A DNA stretch of 64,000 nt, taken from positions 80,224,366-80,288,365 of the forward strand of contig NC_068991.1 in NCBI RefSeq assembly GCF_001194135.2. The letters are read 5' to 3'. Every line of letters begins with the position of its first letter. Within the stretch, counting starts at the first letter, position 1. The position numbers were made by a program, and so were the translations under genes. Below, piece by piece: positions 12,771 to 26,640 of the stretch. Origin of the DNA: Octopus bimaculoides (Eukaryota). Below the pieces are notes generated by a model that was not told the DNA's origin, searched no databases, and was given only the letters and a program-made list of their open reading frames with translations.

Positions 12771-15700
12771 CTCTCTCGTCTCTCTGTACCCAACACTGAA
12801 CGTTTTTGTGTCTGCTGTCAGCTCTTCCTTCTCCCTCTAGATTTTTTTCACCCTTCTTCAAAATCTCTTCTCACTTGTAAGGTCTCCATTCTTCATCTAT
12901 CTTTCTCTTTTTCTTTCAGTCTTTTTTCTTAATATTGCTCTTTCTTCGTTAATCTAAATCACCACAGTTCTTCGTAATCCTTGATATATTTTTTTATATC
13001 CTTCTGGTGTTTAAATGGCTATTTATTTATGATCAGCAATTTTCTCCCTTTTAAACTCAAATTTCAGCAGCGTTTTGCATTACAATGTAACATGATACGA
13101 TATTTTCTGTAATGACAAATGGAAGTTTGTAAAGAAATAGTAGTAAATACACAGGGAGACACATACGTGATACAATCTACATCATTTATAAGCTGCAAAT
13201 ATAGACTAAGCATATCCAGGCCATTAGAAGACAACTCAAAATTCAATGAAATAAGTATGAATTATAAGAAAATTGATTTGAGGATTTCAGAAGAGATAAA
13301 AGAAAATATCAAATAATATACTTGATTGATAAACGTTCTCCAATGAAACCTTTGATAGAATATAACCTCTGGATAATAACGACATATTTCAAGAAGCACA
13401 AGTGTTCGCTGAATTGGTGCTTAATTCCAATTTCTCTTATGCAGATGAAAGGCAGTCCTAGTTATTTGTCGTCAAGCATGAAATATAATATAATTTAGAT
13501 TTCTCTGAAGAGTCAGTAACAACTCTCACCTTGTATTTCAAACATTGAAATTTCTATTTTTATTCTTCCCCATCGCATACATTCAAAGTAGCATTGTTGT
13601 TGCGCCAAATAATATGCATTCATAGTAGCATCGTTTCAGTTAACTTGCTTAGAGGTGTTAGCGATTTGTATTAATGTCAATGTATTTCATCGTTTACCGT
13701 ATATTTTGAAATACACACTCACACACACAGAGAACTCAAAATATGAGTATATGTATATTTTCATTAATATTTGGCAAAAGTAACAGAATGACCCAAGGTT
13801 TGAGAGTTCCGTGCGTTGGCCATCGCACGAAGCTCTCGGACCATACAACATAGCTAATGCCTATCCGCTATCAGATAACCATCTTCAGAATAGCACTCGT
13901 GTTGTCTTGATTCCTCATAACAATTATGAACAAATATGGATCGGTGAGAAGATAATCTTACTGCTATTCCAGCAAACACACATTCTCTTGCTTCTTGCGC
14001 ATTTCAAGCTTAATCGAAATGCACATTGCTTAATCTTTGAACAATTCGTTCAGTAGTGGCCTCATTACAGTGCAGAAGTTTTTGTTGCCTGAGCAGAGTT
14101 CTCTTCCAGTATGTCCTGTGGTGTAAGATTGTCTTCAATACCTCCAACTGCTTTCGTTTATCTTGAGATACTCGAATTGTCACATTGTCTTCCGGGTTTT
14201 CTTTTCTGTCTCGGTTTTTTTATCGATATGCCTTTGTCCATTTCCTTGTTTGTTTCCTTTCCAAACATCTTTTTTAATCCATAATGGATAATTATAGAAA
14301 AAGAAATTAAAAAGAAAAACTGGCTTGATAGGCACATCAATGTACTTTTAGTTAATCAATTGCTTTTTAAAAGAAAATTCTGTATTATTTCTGCTGTAAT
14401 AAGGGTGTGGATATTGTAACAAAAACAGACAACAATAATACACAACAAGAAACTGCTTTCATTAAGCAGAAAGGATAATTTTTCAGTATCTTGTCTTATA
14501 CTCTACATAATTTTAAGAAAAGTAAATGAAATGAATCTGTCAAAAAATTTCTACGGAACAAATGTGAAGATACATCATAGCATTTTTAGGAAAGACAAAG
14601 ACCGTCTTCTTCAGGCAGAGCTTCAAATGAAAGAATCATTGCAAAAAAAAGTATCAAAGTAAGTCACTTGATTTCTAGGAAGCAATACCTCACCCATCAA
14701 CACATCTCAATGCGAAAATATTTCAGAAACATTGAAGTTCAAATTCTTTCTGAAAATCAATGCTAAAATGTGACAGATACACACTTGCTGCTATTTTGAT
14801 AGATGTTTGCGAATAGTAAAAAGACTATTCTAGAATATAAATAGGTCATCTAAAACAGAACTTAAAAGGTATCAGTGAGAAACTTCACCAGAAATAGACA
14901 ATCGCTCAAATGACTATATTGCTGTTGAGAGTATAAGTATCTCAGTTGTATATTTCAAGAAAACAGTCTCTTTGAGATGCCGTTTATTCCAGCAGAGAAT
15001 ACTCCATATTTTTTGTGTGGATATCAGAAATGTATGCGATACACTGACAGAAACACAGAAACATTAACGTGATACATAGCTTCTTTCTGAATGAAAGTAT
15101 CTGCCAAGAATAGCATGTTATGAAGAAAAGCCGTTCTTGGTTACGACAGTCTCAAAGGATATAACGACGAAGTTTGAGGAAGATAAATGTTTCTGGCTGT
15201 AAAACGAGAAGAAATACTCCAAGCCATTTTATCAATATATCTATCCATGCCCTGGTTAGTTCGTACGTACCAACCAAGTAATTCTACGGATACCTAAGAA
15301 TGAACAAAGTATATTATACGATGGCAGTTGTAACTAGGAACGCATATATGGGAAATATTACAGTCCAGTACAAACAATTATGGTCCTCGTAGTTCTCTTA
15401 ACACAATCTCTCAGAGATCCACGATGTGCCGCATGTACTCATACCAGTATTTAACAACTCGAGTGAGCGTCAAATGAGATTCAAGACATTGCTGTAAATA
15501 CGGAAATACGAACTACCGTTAGAAATTTCTGAATATAGCACCGTATCTCTTCAACAAACGTGAAAGTGCTTCCATGGATTATCTATGAATATACGAAGCA
15601 ACCAGAACCATTAAAGCTCAAAAATATTGTGGGACTGATAAACAGAAATTAGCACTTACACAATTTGTACAGTTCTATTGCATCTGAACGGCAACTAAAA

Positions 15701-16034
15701 AGTTTACTGCGCTCTTTAATCGGCTGAACATGAGTTCGCATGACAAAATATGGATGTTTGAACATGGAAATATGCAGATGGCAGCCAGACATCCTTTCAA
15801 TCCAGGTAGTAATTTATTGATGCAGCGAGATTCTTCTCGTTTCATCAATAAATCAGTTCCGTACATTCTAATATTTGCAGCAGCCACGGGAGGTAATTCA
15901 AATAGATCAATAATCCTACTTTGTTTTCGTGGCCGATATCATTTCTTCCCGTTCATCGCAGAAAAGAATTTTTTGCAGAATTATTATTCTCTTTCCTGTC
16001 TATGTTTTACTAACTGTAGCTCTAATATATATAC

Positions 16035-16073
<39 letters not shown>

Positions 16074-16529
16074 TGTGTGTGTGTGAGCGAGAGAGAGAGA
16101 GAGAGAGCGTGTGTGTATGTGTGTGTATGCATGTATATATATGTATATGCATGTATATATATGCATATATATATATATGTACATATATATGTATATATAT
16201 ATGCACATTGTAAACATTTTTTGCAAAGATATTTCAATGCATATATTTAAAACAAACAAACAAAAAAATCATCCCCGATACTTCGATCAGCAGATCCAAC
16301 TCCAAAACACGACAAAAGGAATTAAACAAAAGTTTGAAAAAAGGTATATCGTTCGCCAGGCACTGAAAACATAGCATTGTGGGAAAATTGAAATATGTCA
16401 ATCGCAGACATTAATTCTAGCACCTCTATTTAAAACGTTACCTAAATATTTCATCAAAAACAGTATATATGCATGCATGCATATATACAACATACATACA
16501 TAAATATGTACTTGCATAAGCATACATAC

Positions 16530-16561
<32 letters not shown>

Positions 16562-16762
16562 NNNNNNNNNNNNNNNNNNNNNNNNNNNNNNNNNNNNNNN
16601 NNNNNNNNNNNNNNNNNNNNNNNNNNNNNNTCTTATTGTTTTTTTTTTTTTATAATGTATAAAGAATTTTTTTAATATAATAATAAAAAAACCTGAAAAC
16701 CAGACTGCTTTAACTTTATTCAACTGATATATAATTCTATACACATTTACACAGATTCAGCA

Positions 16763-16819
<57 letters not shown>

Positions 16820-16824
<5 letters not shown>

Positions 16825-17120
16825 CTCTTATTCCACGTGGGCAGCAACGAAAGAACTCCATCTCCTGCAAGAGATTTCGCATCCTCTCAGCTCAACTCCA
16901 CTACATTTCGATTCTTCAGAACTGTCTTCTTCCATGTTATTAATTGGCGTCCATGTTTCCTTTTCCTATCTTCTAACCTCCAATCGACAGAGAGATTTGT
17001 GTGCCTTGCTAATGTCATTCTAGAAACATGTCCAAGAAACCTCAGGCGACGATCTTTCACAATAATATTTAGTGGTTCCTCCTTGGTTCTTCTATATACT
17101 TCTAGCATCTCCCGCTAAGC
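16820..17120 (-). mobile_element. RTE-clade LINE 3' end (minus strand)
   Basis: LEVYRRTKEEPLNIIVKDRRLRFLGHVSRM...WRLEDRKRKHGRQLITWKKTV, the typical RTE C-terminus; ends in a (CT)n tract. Confidence 0.8.
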
Positions 17121-18035
17121 GCCAATAAAGGATAGAGATGGGACGGTGTTTATATCAGAAGACAATTAGAATGTAAAATGGGTGGAACACTTCAAGGAGG
17201 AACTAAACCTGCGAGACTCACCATCGCTTTTTCACACACATGTCCAAGATACTTTGGAACTTCTAGGTATAGAGACACGGGAGATAACTTTAGCAGTTCT
17301 TCTAGCTATAACCACACTCAAGTATTGCAAGGCATCGGAAGCAGATCATATTTCATCAAAATTACTGAAGCATGGAAATCGGAACCTCGAGCAACAGCCT
17401 GCCTGCCTCTTCAACACGGTCTGGGAATGAGATGTGCCGAAAGATTGGCGGAAAGGGGTGATTGTCAGGATACCAAGGAAAGGAAAGCATAGTAACTGTA
17501 GCAACCGGAGCTTGGTCACGCGACTATCAATTGATAGTATACGGAGAAAGACAGTTTAGAAAATAGCTGAAATCTATGGAATTATTCAAAAGCTTATCAA
17601 CATCGTCAAAAGCCGGTGCAAGGATTCATTCTGCTGCACCAGAACAAGCAGTGATTGCACGGATCTCTTCGACACTCTCAGGAGTGCGCCAAGGCTGCAT
17701 ATTCTCTCCTCTACTGTTTCTACTCATAACCGATTTTGTGATGCGAAAGGCCACAAACAACCTACATCTTGGAATAGGATGGAATACTTCTCGTTTGACG
17801 GACATGGATTTTACAGAAGATATTGCCCTTCTTGGCGAATCAGCTGAGAAAAGACGAAGGTCATGTCAGTGAAGGAAGAAAACTTCATAAACATTCAGGT
17901 AAATAACACACGTGCAGATGAAGTGGAGAGATTCATCTGCTTGGGAATCAGCGTTTTCAACAGGGGTGATACAGAGCAGAATTGGAAAAGCAGGTTCCGT
18001 CTTCGAGGGCTCAGAAACATCTGGTAATCTGATCA
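17121..18035 (+). mobile_element. RTE-clade LINE reverse transcriptase segment (plus strand, inverted relative to its 3' end)
   Basis: PIKDRDG...WVEHFKEELN...KASEADHI...PKDWRKGVIVRIPRKG...GVRQGCIFSPLLF...MDFTEDIALL...RIGKAGSVFRGLRNIW, with stops and frameshifts. Confidence 0.85.
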
Positions 18036-18159
18036 GACGATTCTAAGATGGGTTTGTACAATTCTTTGGTCATCGCAGTTGTCATCTCTGCCAGTGAAAC
18101 AGCAGGACTCATCCACAATGATTTCCACCAAAGACACCTTCGAAAGGAATTCTTATATA

Positions 18160-19680
18160 AACTGTACCACAAAAGAAACGTCGCACGCACACTAAATAGA
18201 AACTGGTTTATTAACAGACTGCCATAGCATTGATTGAAGAGTGTTAATTAAGAAACCGTTCTTTCCTAATGATAAAACATCATTTCCTGAAATATGTTTG
18301 ACGTTACATAGTGTCATGTGATGACGGATTGTCCTGGATCCAAAGATATGAACTCAATATCTCGTGTGACCACTGTTAGCGTTGATTACCACCAGGTATC
18401 TTCTGTACATTGAATGCACCAAACGTTTGATGAAGGCCACGGGGATAGCAGCCCACACTCTGTTAAAACTTGCGGTGATTTGTGCCTTAGTTGTCGGCCT
18501 TGGACGGATGTCATTTAACCTTCTTTGGATTTCATCCCACAGGTGCTCTATGGAGTACATGTCCGGACTTAGGGCTATCATAGCAGTGTCTGTATGTTGT
18601 GCTGTTGGAGGAAATCTGTTGTCAACCTGGCAGTATGGGCACGGGGCGTTGTCCTGCTGGAACACGCGATTCTGATGACGGTCAAAGTATAACACAATGT
18701 GAGGCCTCAACACTTGGCCAATGTAGCAAGTAGCAGTTACTCCGTTGCCCCAGCTTTGACCGATGTTTTGGAAGAACACCGGTCCAAGTTTCTAGTTGAG
18801 TGCAATCCCGCTCCATATCATCATGACGCTCTGTCCTCTCCACCACACAACCATCGGCATGACGTTCGCCCCTTCTTCTCCAAATTCTAGCTCTGTCACT
18901 TGCCACAGAAATGCGACATAAATTTTTGTTAGAGAAGACTACAATCCTCCACAGCTGCTGTCGCCAGTTGTGACGTTTTTGAGCTCACTGCAGACGTACC
19001 CGTCGATTATTATCTGTGAGGACGGGGCCCCTAGCCGGTCGTTGACAAGACAGATTGAAAGATCTCTCTTCCCAAATGGGTCTGTGGTGAGCCCCTATGG
19101 TCTGCCTAGCTGATTCCGTTGCCCTCTGGAATCGGTCATTCATGTTCTATCGAAGTAGGTGGCGATCTTGACGTGATGTTGTAACCCTCGGTTGGTTACT
19201 GCGTGGACGATCATCCGAGCTGTTTCTGACATTGTATCGTTCCCACAGCTGCACATGTGTCTGAATACTGCAGTTCAAGTCATTAGCAACGACCAATGGA
19301 CTTTGACCAATATGAAGACGTCCGATGGCTTGCTCCCTCTGATTTCGTGTCAGTCTTGGCATTATTGGTGCGTTCAGGAAACGAATGACAGGCTGTTAAA
19401 TTTCGGTGCCTTTTATACCCAAAATGTCAACATTTTGACCCTGCATCATGTTTTTGATAAAGATGCGTTCGCGAGCATCAACATGTTCACAAAAAGTGAG
19501 CGAGTTTGAACCCGACATGCAATCCTTGTGTTTTTAAAAGAGAGTGGTGTTGTGGGTCAGTGATATCTTCCTGATGTCAAATTAGCTAGAAATGTGATAA
19601 AATCCATATAATTTCAATATCGCGTGTGAAACAAGTAAGCATTTACATTGACAGTGCGACGTTTCTTTCGTATTTCAGTA
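18160..19680 (-). mobile_element. Tc1-like DNA transposon, TIR-bounded, transposase pseudogene
   Basis: TIRs ...aaaagaaacgtcgcac (about 18160-18186) and gtgcgacgtttctttcg...cagta (19654-19680) flanked by TA. Minus-strand MPRLTRNQREQAIGRL...RPRSNQPRVTTSRQDR...RIWRRRGER...FQQDNAP...LSPDMYSIEHLWDEI (DD34E-type). Confidence 0.92.
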
Positions 19681-19803
19681 TATATTTATATATATATATA
19701 TAGATACATATATACACATGCGTTTGTGTGTGCGTGTGGGTGCGCGCGCGTGTGCGTATGTGATGTATTTGTGTGTGTGTAATATGTATGAATAAGAGGA
19801 AGG

Positions 19804-19841
<38 letters not shown>

Positions 19842-19913
19842 GGTGTGTACAAGTGTACAATCACATTTAAAATATATTTTTGTGTGTATATATAAATGTA
19901 TATATGTTTATGC

Positions 19914-19956
<43 letters not shown>

Positions 19957-20543
19957 CTGTTTCCTTTCTGAAGGTCATTGTCACTAAATTTCTCGTTTTA
20001 TTTGGAAATCATGGAATGAATCGATATTTGATGCTATTTCTATTCTTCCTCTAAGACCACACCCTTTGAAGGGTAGCTATAGAAAGTAGGCTTATATTGC
20101 TTACTTTCAATCAGAAAGCTAAATCAGCCATTTATTTATTCATTTTTAAATATTCCGTCTGACCTCTTCAACATAATTACTTTCGTATTGAACATATTGC
20201 ATCAATATTTTCTCATAATTTTATTGCTTCAATCCACTGAAACCATGCAAAACGATTTTGTCTCGTTGTAACTCTAAGCAGTTCTGTTGAGTGTAATGTC
20301 TGGATTGAGGAACACATGTGATATAGTAATTACTTAGATAATCGAAACGGTTATTATCCTTGGACATATATGATTTTGAAATAACTGTCGTCGATAGGAA
20401 ATAGAAGGGAAATGATTCTAAAGAAAACATGAGAAAAAAAAACAACGTTTCTATATAATGTGAATAATGTAAGATTTCGATTCTATGTTCGCATTTGTGT
20501 ATAACATACATTTCTTGTCACCTTTGAGATCGGTTGTACTCTT

Positions 20544-20826
20544 TGCAATTTATTATATCGCTAGCTGTGATTGTTTATAACAAAAGCAATTTGTAATTCA
20601 GTAGATGTGATTGCTTACTACGAAACCAACAAAGCCTGTAATTATTGGTACCTATACTTGCGATTGCTAATACCAGAAGTTGTGATTGTTGCACCAGGAG
20701 TAATTTGCAATAACAATAAATGCAATTGTTTGCAAATCTTGTAATATGTTACTTTTAATAGTTGTAATTGTTTAAAACTGATTGCTCTCAACGAATGCAA
20801 TCTATTATAAGGATAGCTGTGAAGTT
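20544..20826. repeat. Array of about 14 TGYRATTG-like motifs with variable spacers
   Basis: Motif starts at about 20544, 20567, 20592, 20606, 20637, 20659, 20681, 20699, 20721, 20740, 20763, 20777, 20796 and 20818. Confidence 0.55.
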
Positions 20827-21679
20827 GTCGAATTAACTCAAATATTAAAGTAATATTTTGTGCTGATAACATGAGATAGTTGAACTCTTTATTGTTATGT
20901 CTTCTTGATTTTGTTATTGGGCTCAAGCAGTTCTATAGACCTTAAATTAAAACTTAAAAAGAGTCCCGCCTTTGGAACAAGGTAACAGATTTTTGGTGTG
21001 ATGAGGTAAATTACAAAGTTAAATCTTCGATGATTCTGTCACTGGGATTTACTAATTTTGGTGAGTCGACAGAATCAGAATTTGGACTAAATATTGCAGG
21101 CTGTAGGCCAGTCCTCCACCGATATTTATATATTTGCGCATATAATGTTTAATAGCCAGTAATATATTCAACCAGGCTCTATCCTAGACGTCTTAATCCT
21201 ATGACTGTCACAGGTCAACAGACACATTAGGCTAGAACTTAACAGTTTCGTGGCGTCACTACAATTTACGCTTGAACCTGGAACCAGAACATCGCTTGGT
21301 TGACTCCCAGCTGTTGTTCGTACTTGTATTCAGTTGAGTGAAATGAGCAACGTATGTAATGCATCTTAGATTTTCAGCAAACTACAGTAGTTATATGTTA
21401 GTGAAATGTTTGTATATTTCTTGACATACATACGCCTCTTCACTCAATTAATTTAGTAATATATTATATAGAAAAGCAAAATATTATCTAGAATAACTAA
21501 TTAGAATTCCTTATCACAACTAATTAACAATGCCTTGTACGAATTCTTAATTAGTTTCGTTGCTCAACATTGTATCTTTTTATGCGGACGTCACAATAAT
21601 TTTTATAGATATCAAATATCTCGTGCAGGCAAGCGATCAATCAATCAAACCATTTATATTTTCCCTCAAGGAAATGCGG

Positions 21680-22000
21680 TAAGCACAGTTGTCCACGAAG
21701 TCTTGAGTTCGATCCCATTGCCTAACATCTTGAATAAATTTCCTTTTCTATAGCTGCGGGTCGGCCCATTTTTTGTGAGTGAAACTGGATGAGCAGACAG
21801 AAACTATATATAGGCCAGACTGGTTGAAGGTGTCTGTAATTCAAAAGTTACGGCCTTGTCACACACTGCGTCAAGTTGATTCTACCTGAGAATTACATTA
21901 AGGATACATATGTGTAGAATGCTCGATCACTCTGCGTTAATTCAAGTCCAAGTAATTCATTTGAAGGAACAACTGAATCCTCATCGTCGAGTGATGGAGA
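21680..22000 (+). mobile_element. Old tRNA-derived SINE (third family)
   Basis: B-box-like gagttcgatccc followed by the tail ctgagaattacattaaggatacatatgtgtagaatgctc, also seen near 6405, 23200 (-), 28200 and 55280 (-). Confidence 0.55.
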
Positions 22001-22295
22001 TCCATCAAAGGAAATGCGAATCTTGTTCTTTATCCTGAAATAAAGATTCGATTATCTGCAGTCACTATATTTCTCATTAATATGCAGTTCATATACTTTT
22101 CTTCTTTTACCTGCTTCAGGACACCGGATTGCTACCATGCCGGATGACAACCCACCTTGGAACGTTCAATCAATCAACTCATTTCTGGCTCATAAGTCTG
22201 TTATATATTCTATCGGACTGAAAAATGCTTTGTGAGGGAATTTTGGAAACGGAAACGGTGCAAAAATCACTTGTTATGCGTGAGTGTGAGAGTCT

Positions 22296-22331
<36 letters not shown>

Positions 22332-22390
22332 ATTAGCGCTTTTAATACTGCAAACAAACACACTCACACACGCATACACACACACACACA

Positions 22391-22423
<33 letters not shown>

Positions 22424-22759
22424 TCTGTCTTACACACGCACACAAACACACATACACACGTATACACGCACACACGCACAAACTAACATACACATTACGC
22501 ACAAAAACGTTGCCTTCTTCCGCTTTTTCTTAACTTCGCGCACGCAGGCATCATGATGCACATGATGCACATGATGCACATGATGCCCATAAGAAATCTC
22601 CCACAAGACACTGTCTTCACGAACAGTGGAGGTAGAGATGGTGGTGATGGACGTACTACCAGTACTGGCGGGGAAGTCTTATGTCCAAATAATGTCTTCA
22701 TTCATTTCTATTTTAATGAAGCTTTCGAATCAAAACTTCTATTCAGTATCCCTACATGG

Positions 22760-22952
22760 TCCTTTCTTATTTTGGTACCAAACCAGCAATTTTGAGGGAT
22801 CCCAGTTATCGTCTGGTACTTATTTTATCAAACCCGAAGGGATAAAAGGAAAAGTCGAGCATGGCCGAATTTGAATTCAGAACATAAAGCCGGACTAAAT
22901 GCCGTTAAGCATTTTGTCTGGCATGCTAACGATTCTGTGAGCTCCCCGCCTT
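22760..22952 (-). mobile_element. tRNA-derived SINE (11521 family)
   Basis: ctggtacttattttatcaaacccgaagggataaaaggaaaagtcgag...aatttgaattcagaac...gctaacgattctg...ccgcc. Confidence 0.8.
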
Positions 22953-25789
22953 AATAGCAACAGATAACAACAGCCAATGTAAATGTTGGTTGAGTTTCCC
23001 TGTCAATCGTTACATCGTATAGAGAAAAATGGAAAGAGAGAGAAAGAGAGGGGCAGTAAAAGAGACATACAGGGAGTTAACACAAGAGATGTTAGATGAA
23101 CAGAGAAAGACACATAGACATAGAGGTGGTGGTCGTCATCATGGACTCTTACATCGATCTTGAAGTCTAAATGTCTGTTTCTTCGTTCAACTTGATAACC
23201 TCGTCCATGGTTGAGTATTCCACAGGCACATGGACTTTTAACATAATTGTCAGATAAAGGGATGAGGCTGGTCCACTCCATTCAACGGGATTCTATGCAA
23301 TTTGCGCCAACTCAGATTTACTCCCTAGGCTGGTAAAACCCTGAAGCTAAAGTAAATACACCGGCTTAAAATGTTAAACGTGAGACTGGATCCTCGTGAA
23401 TGCTAAATAAACTTCACAAATTGCTCGACCAAATTTGTGTTGAACTCCACTCACCTCATGATACTGCACCGTCATTAGTCCTAAACAACATACAATTAAA
23501 TAAACCACTCTATTAACAAATATTTACCCTTGTAAATCCAAGGGGCAATGTTTTTTTTAATATTTTTTAATAACAATTAAAAGTATTCTATAATTTTCTG
23601 GTGACGACCGCAAAATTAAAATAAAATACATTTTCACGAAATAAGTAATAGATTTCAGTTTTCCTATTTTCTCTACATTTTTTAGAAAATATATTTAAAG
23701 CAAAAGAAAACACAGTGAATAATAATTTATTTCATTAAAAAAGGAGAGTTGATTTAGTACCGTAAAATGGGAAAATAGCGGATTACTTCGTGCAATTTTC
23801 CCAGTAATTCTATACTGAAAATAATTTTTATTGGATGAAAACTGAATTTACGACTAAGAATGGTCAATTAATTTTACATTTATGGCAATTTAATAAATTT
23901 ATTTTTCGAGGCCATTTATTTTGGGAGTAGATTGTGATAAGCTTTAGGAAAATGATTTAAATCTTGTATTCATTACTGTAGCATACTCTATCACTCGTCA
24001 TTTAATCGATTCATTCGTTGAAATGAAATTATGTTTTATCACGAAAAGACGTTATGAAAGTTTAGCATGTTACATAAAAATTATTTTTATACCATGATTT
24101 AGTAATATTAATTAGAAACGGATAAATTCATATCTTAGAAAGGCTCCGTTTTTATGCAAGCACTTCATACCCCGGTCATTTTCCAGTTTTATGTTAATGT
24201 TCAAAAACTCTTTTGCTACCTTGCATTAAACTATATTCACAATTACAAAATTCAACGAAAACTTTGATTTTATGCAACTTTATAAAGCTTTTCTAGTTTC
24301 AACTTCAAAACAAAGTACATCTCAAACATTCTTTTTTTATTTGGAATTCTTGAAACTCAAGATTCACGCAAATATGTTGTAGTAAATGGGAGAAGCACAT
24401 TAATTGCTTCATTTCCAACAAACGTTTCCTTTTTTTTTTTCTTCCTAAAAATTCAGCCAGAATTTTCTGCTAGGTTCGGCATTTTTATTGAAACTACAAC
24501 TGTCAAATCATATTGAACTTCAATAAACCATTCTTTAAATATATTTATGCTGAAAATAGCTTCATGCAAATCGTTAATATCAAATGGAATTTGCATACAA
24601 TTTTATTTCTTAACATCTTTTATGGAAATCTAGTGATTGAATTCTGTTATCAATTTTTCTAGTTCGTTCAATATGATATGTTATTAAAATTATTGCCGTA
24701 ATCTTCTTTCAGATGACTGAAGGCTGAAAAAGACAAAATGCTTCCTTCTTCCATTTTCCTTTACCAGAATTGAAACTTTTCTTTCCACGCCTTTATTTTC
24801 GCCATTAAACGAGTAGTTATTTGATGCTTACCTTGTAGAAAGATATTTCCGAAAACAATAACAGAAACTTAAAGTTAATTTACACAAACGTTTGGGAGTC
24901 TGAAAAATATCTTGAAGCTGCAGAACTTTTCGATAAAATAACGTATAAACTTGAGCAGAGCAGTAAATATTCATATTGGAATCCAACTGAAGAAGAAGAA
25001 GAAGAAGAAGAAGAAGAAGAAGAAGAAGAAGAAGAAGAAGAAGAAACTAATCCCCGATTTTTTACTCTAAAGTTTACAATTTGAACAATGTATTCCATAA
25101 CTAATAGGAAATACCTTTTAAACAAAGAATTCTACCATGTAAAAACAAAAAAAAAGCATTGCTAAACTTTAGTATAAAGATTACTGTTTCTTTTTCTATC
25201 GCTAGTCTATTGTTGAATTGCAAGACTTCCTGAGGAGCCATCGGTGCAAATGCGAAATATTCATTCTTGGTTACTCCTCATTTATTAAAATGAAAAAGTA
25301 ATATTTTTTTCAAAATATCTAACTGTGGATCTAGAAAATAGTCTTGCATGGTGCAATGCCTTCTTCCAAGCATTTTGGCAGGATATTATATTGGGCAGCT
25401 TCACTCCATCAGTCGATTTCACAACCTGACGCCTAAATGCTCCGCATCTTTTTTTACAATAATTAACTGACGTAAAACAAATATAGAACAATAAATTATT
25501 ATACAAAAATGATTCAAAAATTCTAGTTGATACTTTCGTCACGAATTCAATTTCGCGTTTGAGATTATTATAGCGTTCGTAGCACAGTGGAAGCATAAAC
25601 TTTGCATAAATAACATAAATCCTTGTCACAATTACCAGGTAAAACCAGTTATACGTATTGATCTGCAGCAGCGGATGCCATCAATGCCAGCGCCGCAGAA
25701 AAATCTTTCGTATTCTTCACTTTTTTACATTTATCATCTTCTCGTAATATTTTCCGCTGACCTAAACAGATTCAAAGAATGAACACTCT

Positions 25790-26205
25790 TATCTATATGA
25801 ATGATAAAAAGCAATGACAATACGCATGTACCGAGAGCGATAAAATCAAACATCCTGTCAGCATCATGGTGTTTGGAATTATCACTAGTGACAGCGACGT
25901 TATGCCGCCATTCATCTTCCCACACGGCCTCACACTTGGAGGAGGTAGTTCTGCCCTGGGTCAAGAGCATGGCTACTAGAAGACCCTATGTCTGACAACA
26001 GGACTCTGCACCATGCTATACAAGCAGGAGAACCCAGTCATGGCTGTCAGACAATTTTTCCGGCCACCTAACATCTGGCCACCTAACTCCCCAGACTGCA
26101 ACCTCTTTGATTATTATGTGTGGGACGCAGTTGAGCGAGAGACTAACAAAATTCCTTCCAACACCAAAGATGAACTGAAGGCAGGGATTATGGCTGCATT
26201 CACCG
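25790..26205 (+). mobile_element. mariner/maT-like (DD37D-type) transposase fragment
   Basis: Frameshifted MVFGIITSDSDVMPPFIFPHG...LEEVVLPWVK...RPYVxQQDSAPC...NIWPPNSPDCNLFDYYVWDAVERETNK...NTKDELKA. Confidence 0.85.
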
Positions 26206-26441
26206 ACTGCCCAGACTGCCTAAATACCAATCTTAAGAAATTAGGCTTCTCAAAACCAGAAAGGAGAAAGTTAATTCGAAGACTACAGATCCAATCCCTC
26301 ATTGGAACTGTAAAAATCAGTAAAGTTTTCAAGAAGATTATCATTTAAATATTTATGAGCATGTCTAAGAATGCAACTATATGCATGAATACATATATAA
26401 ACAGACGAATCTGCTCATACATACATACATACATACATACA

Positions 26442-26473
<32 letters not shown>

Positions 26474-26640
26474 AAAACACCCTGTTGTTGATGTTGAAAT
26501 TTCAGGGAAGGAGCGTTGGATCTAGGTTAGAAACCGGTTCTTTCTCCATTGGCAAGAAATCTTGAAATAAACTGAATAATGACATATATACATATATACA
26601 TACATACATAACATAACATACATATATTCGTACATACATA
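26205..26640 (+). mobile_element. RLE family B 3' end
   Basis: CLNTNLKKLGFSKPERRKLIRRLQIQSLIGTVKISKVFKKIII*, then a 3' UTR with internal (ATAC)n and terminal ataatgacata... Confidence 0.85.
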
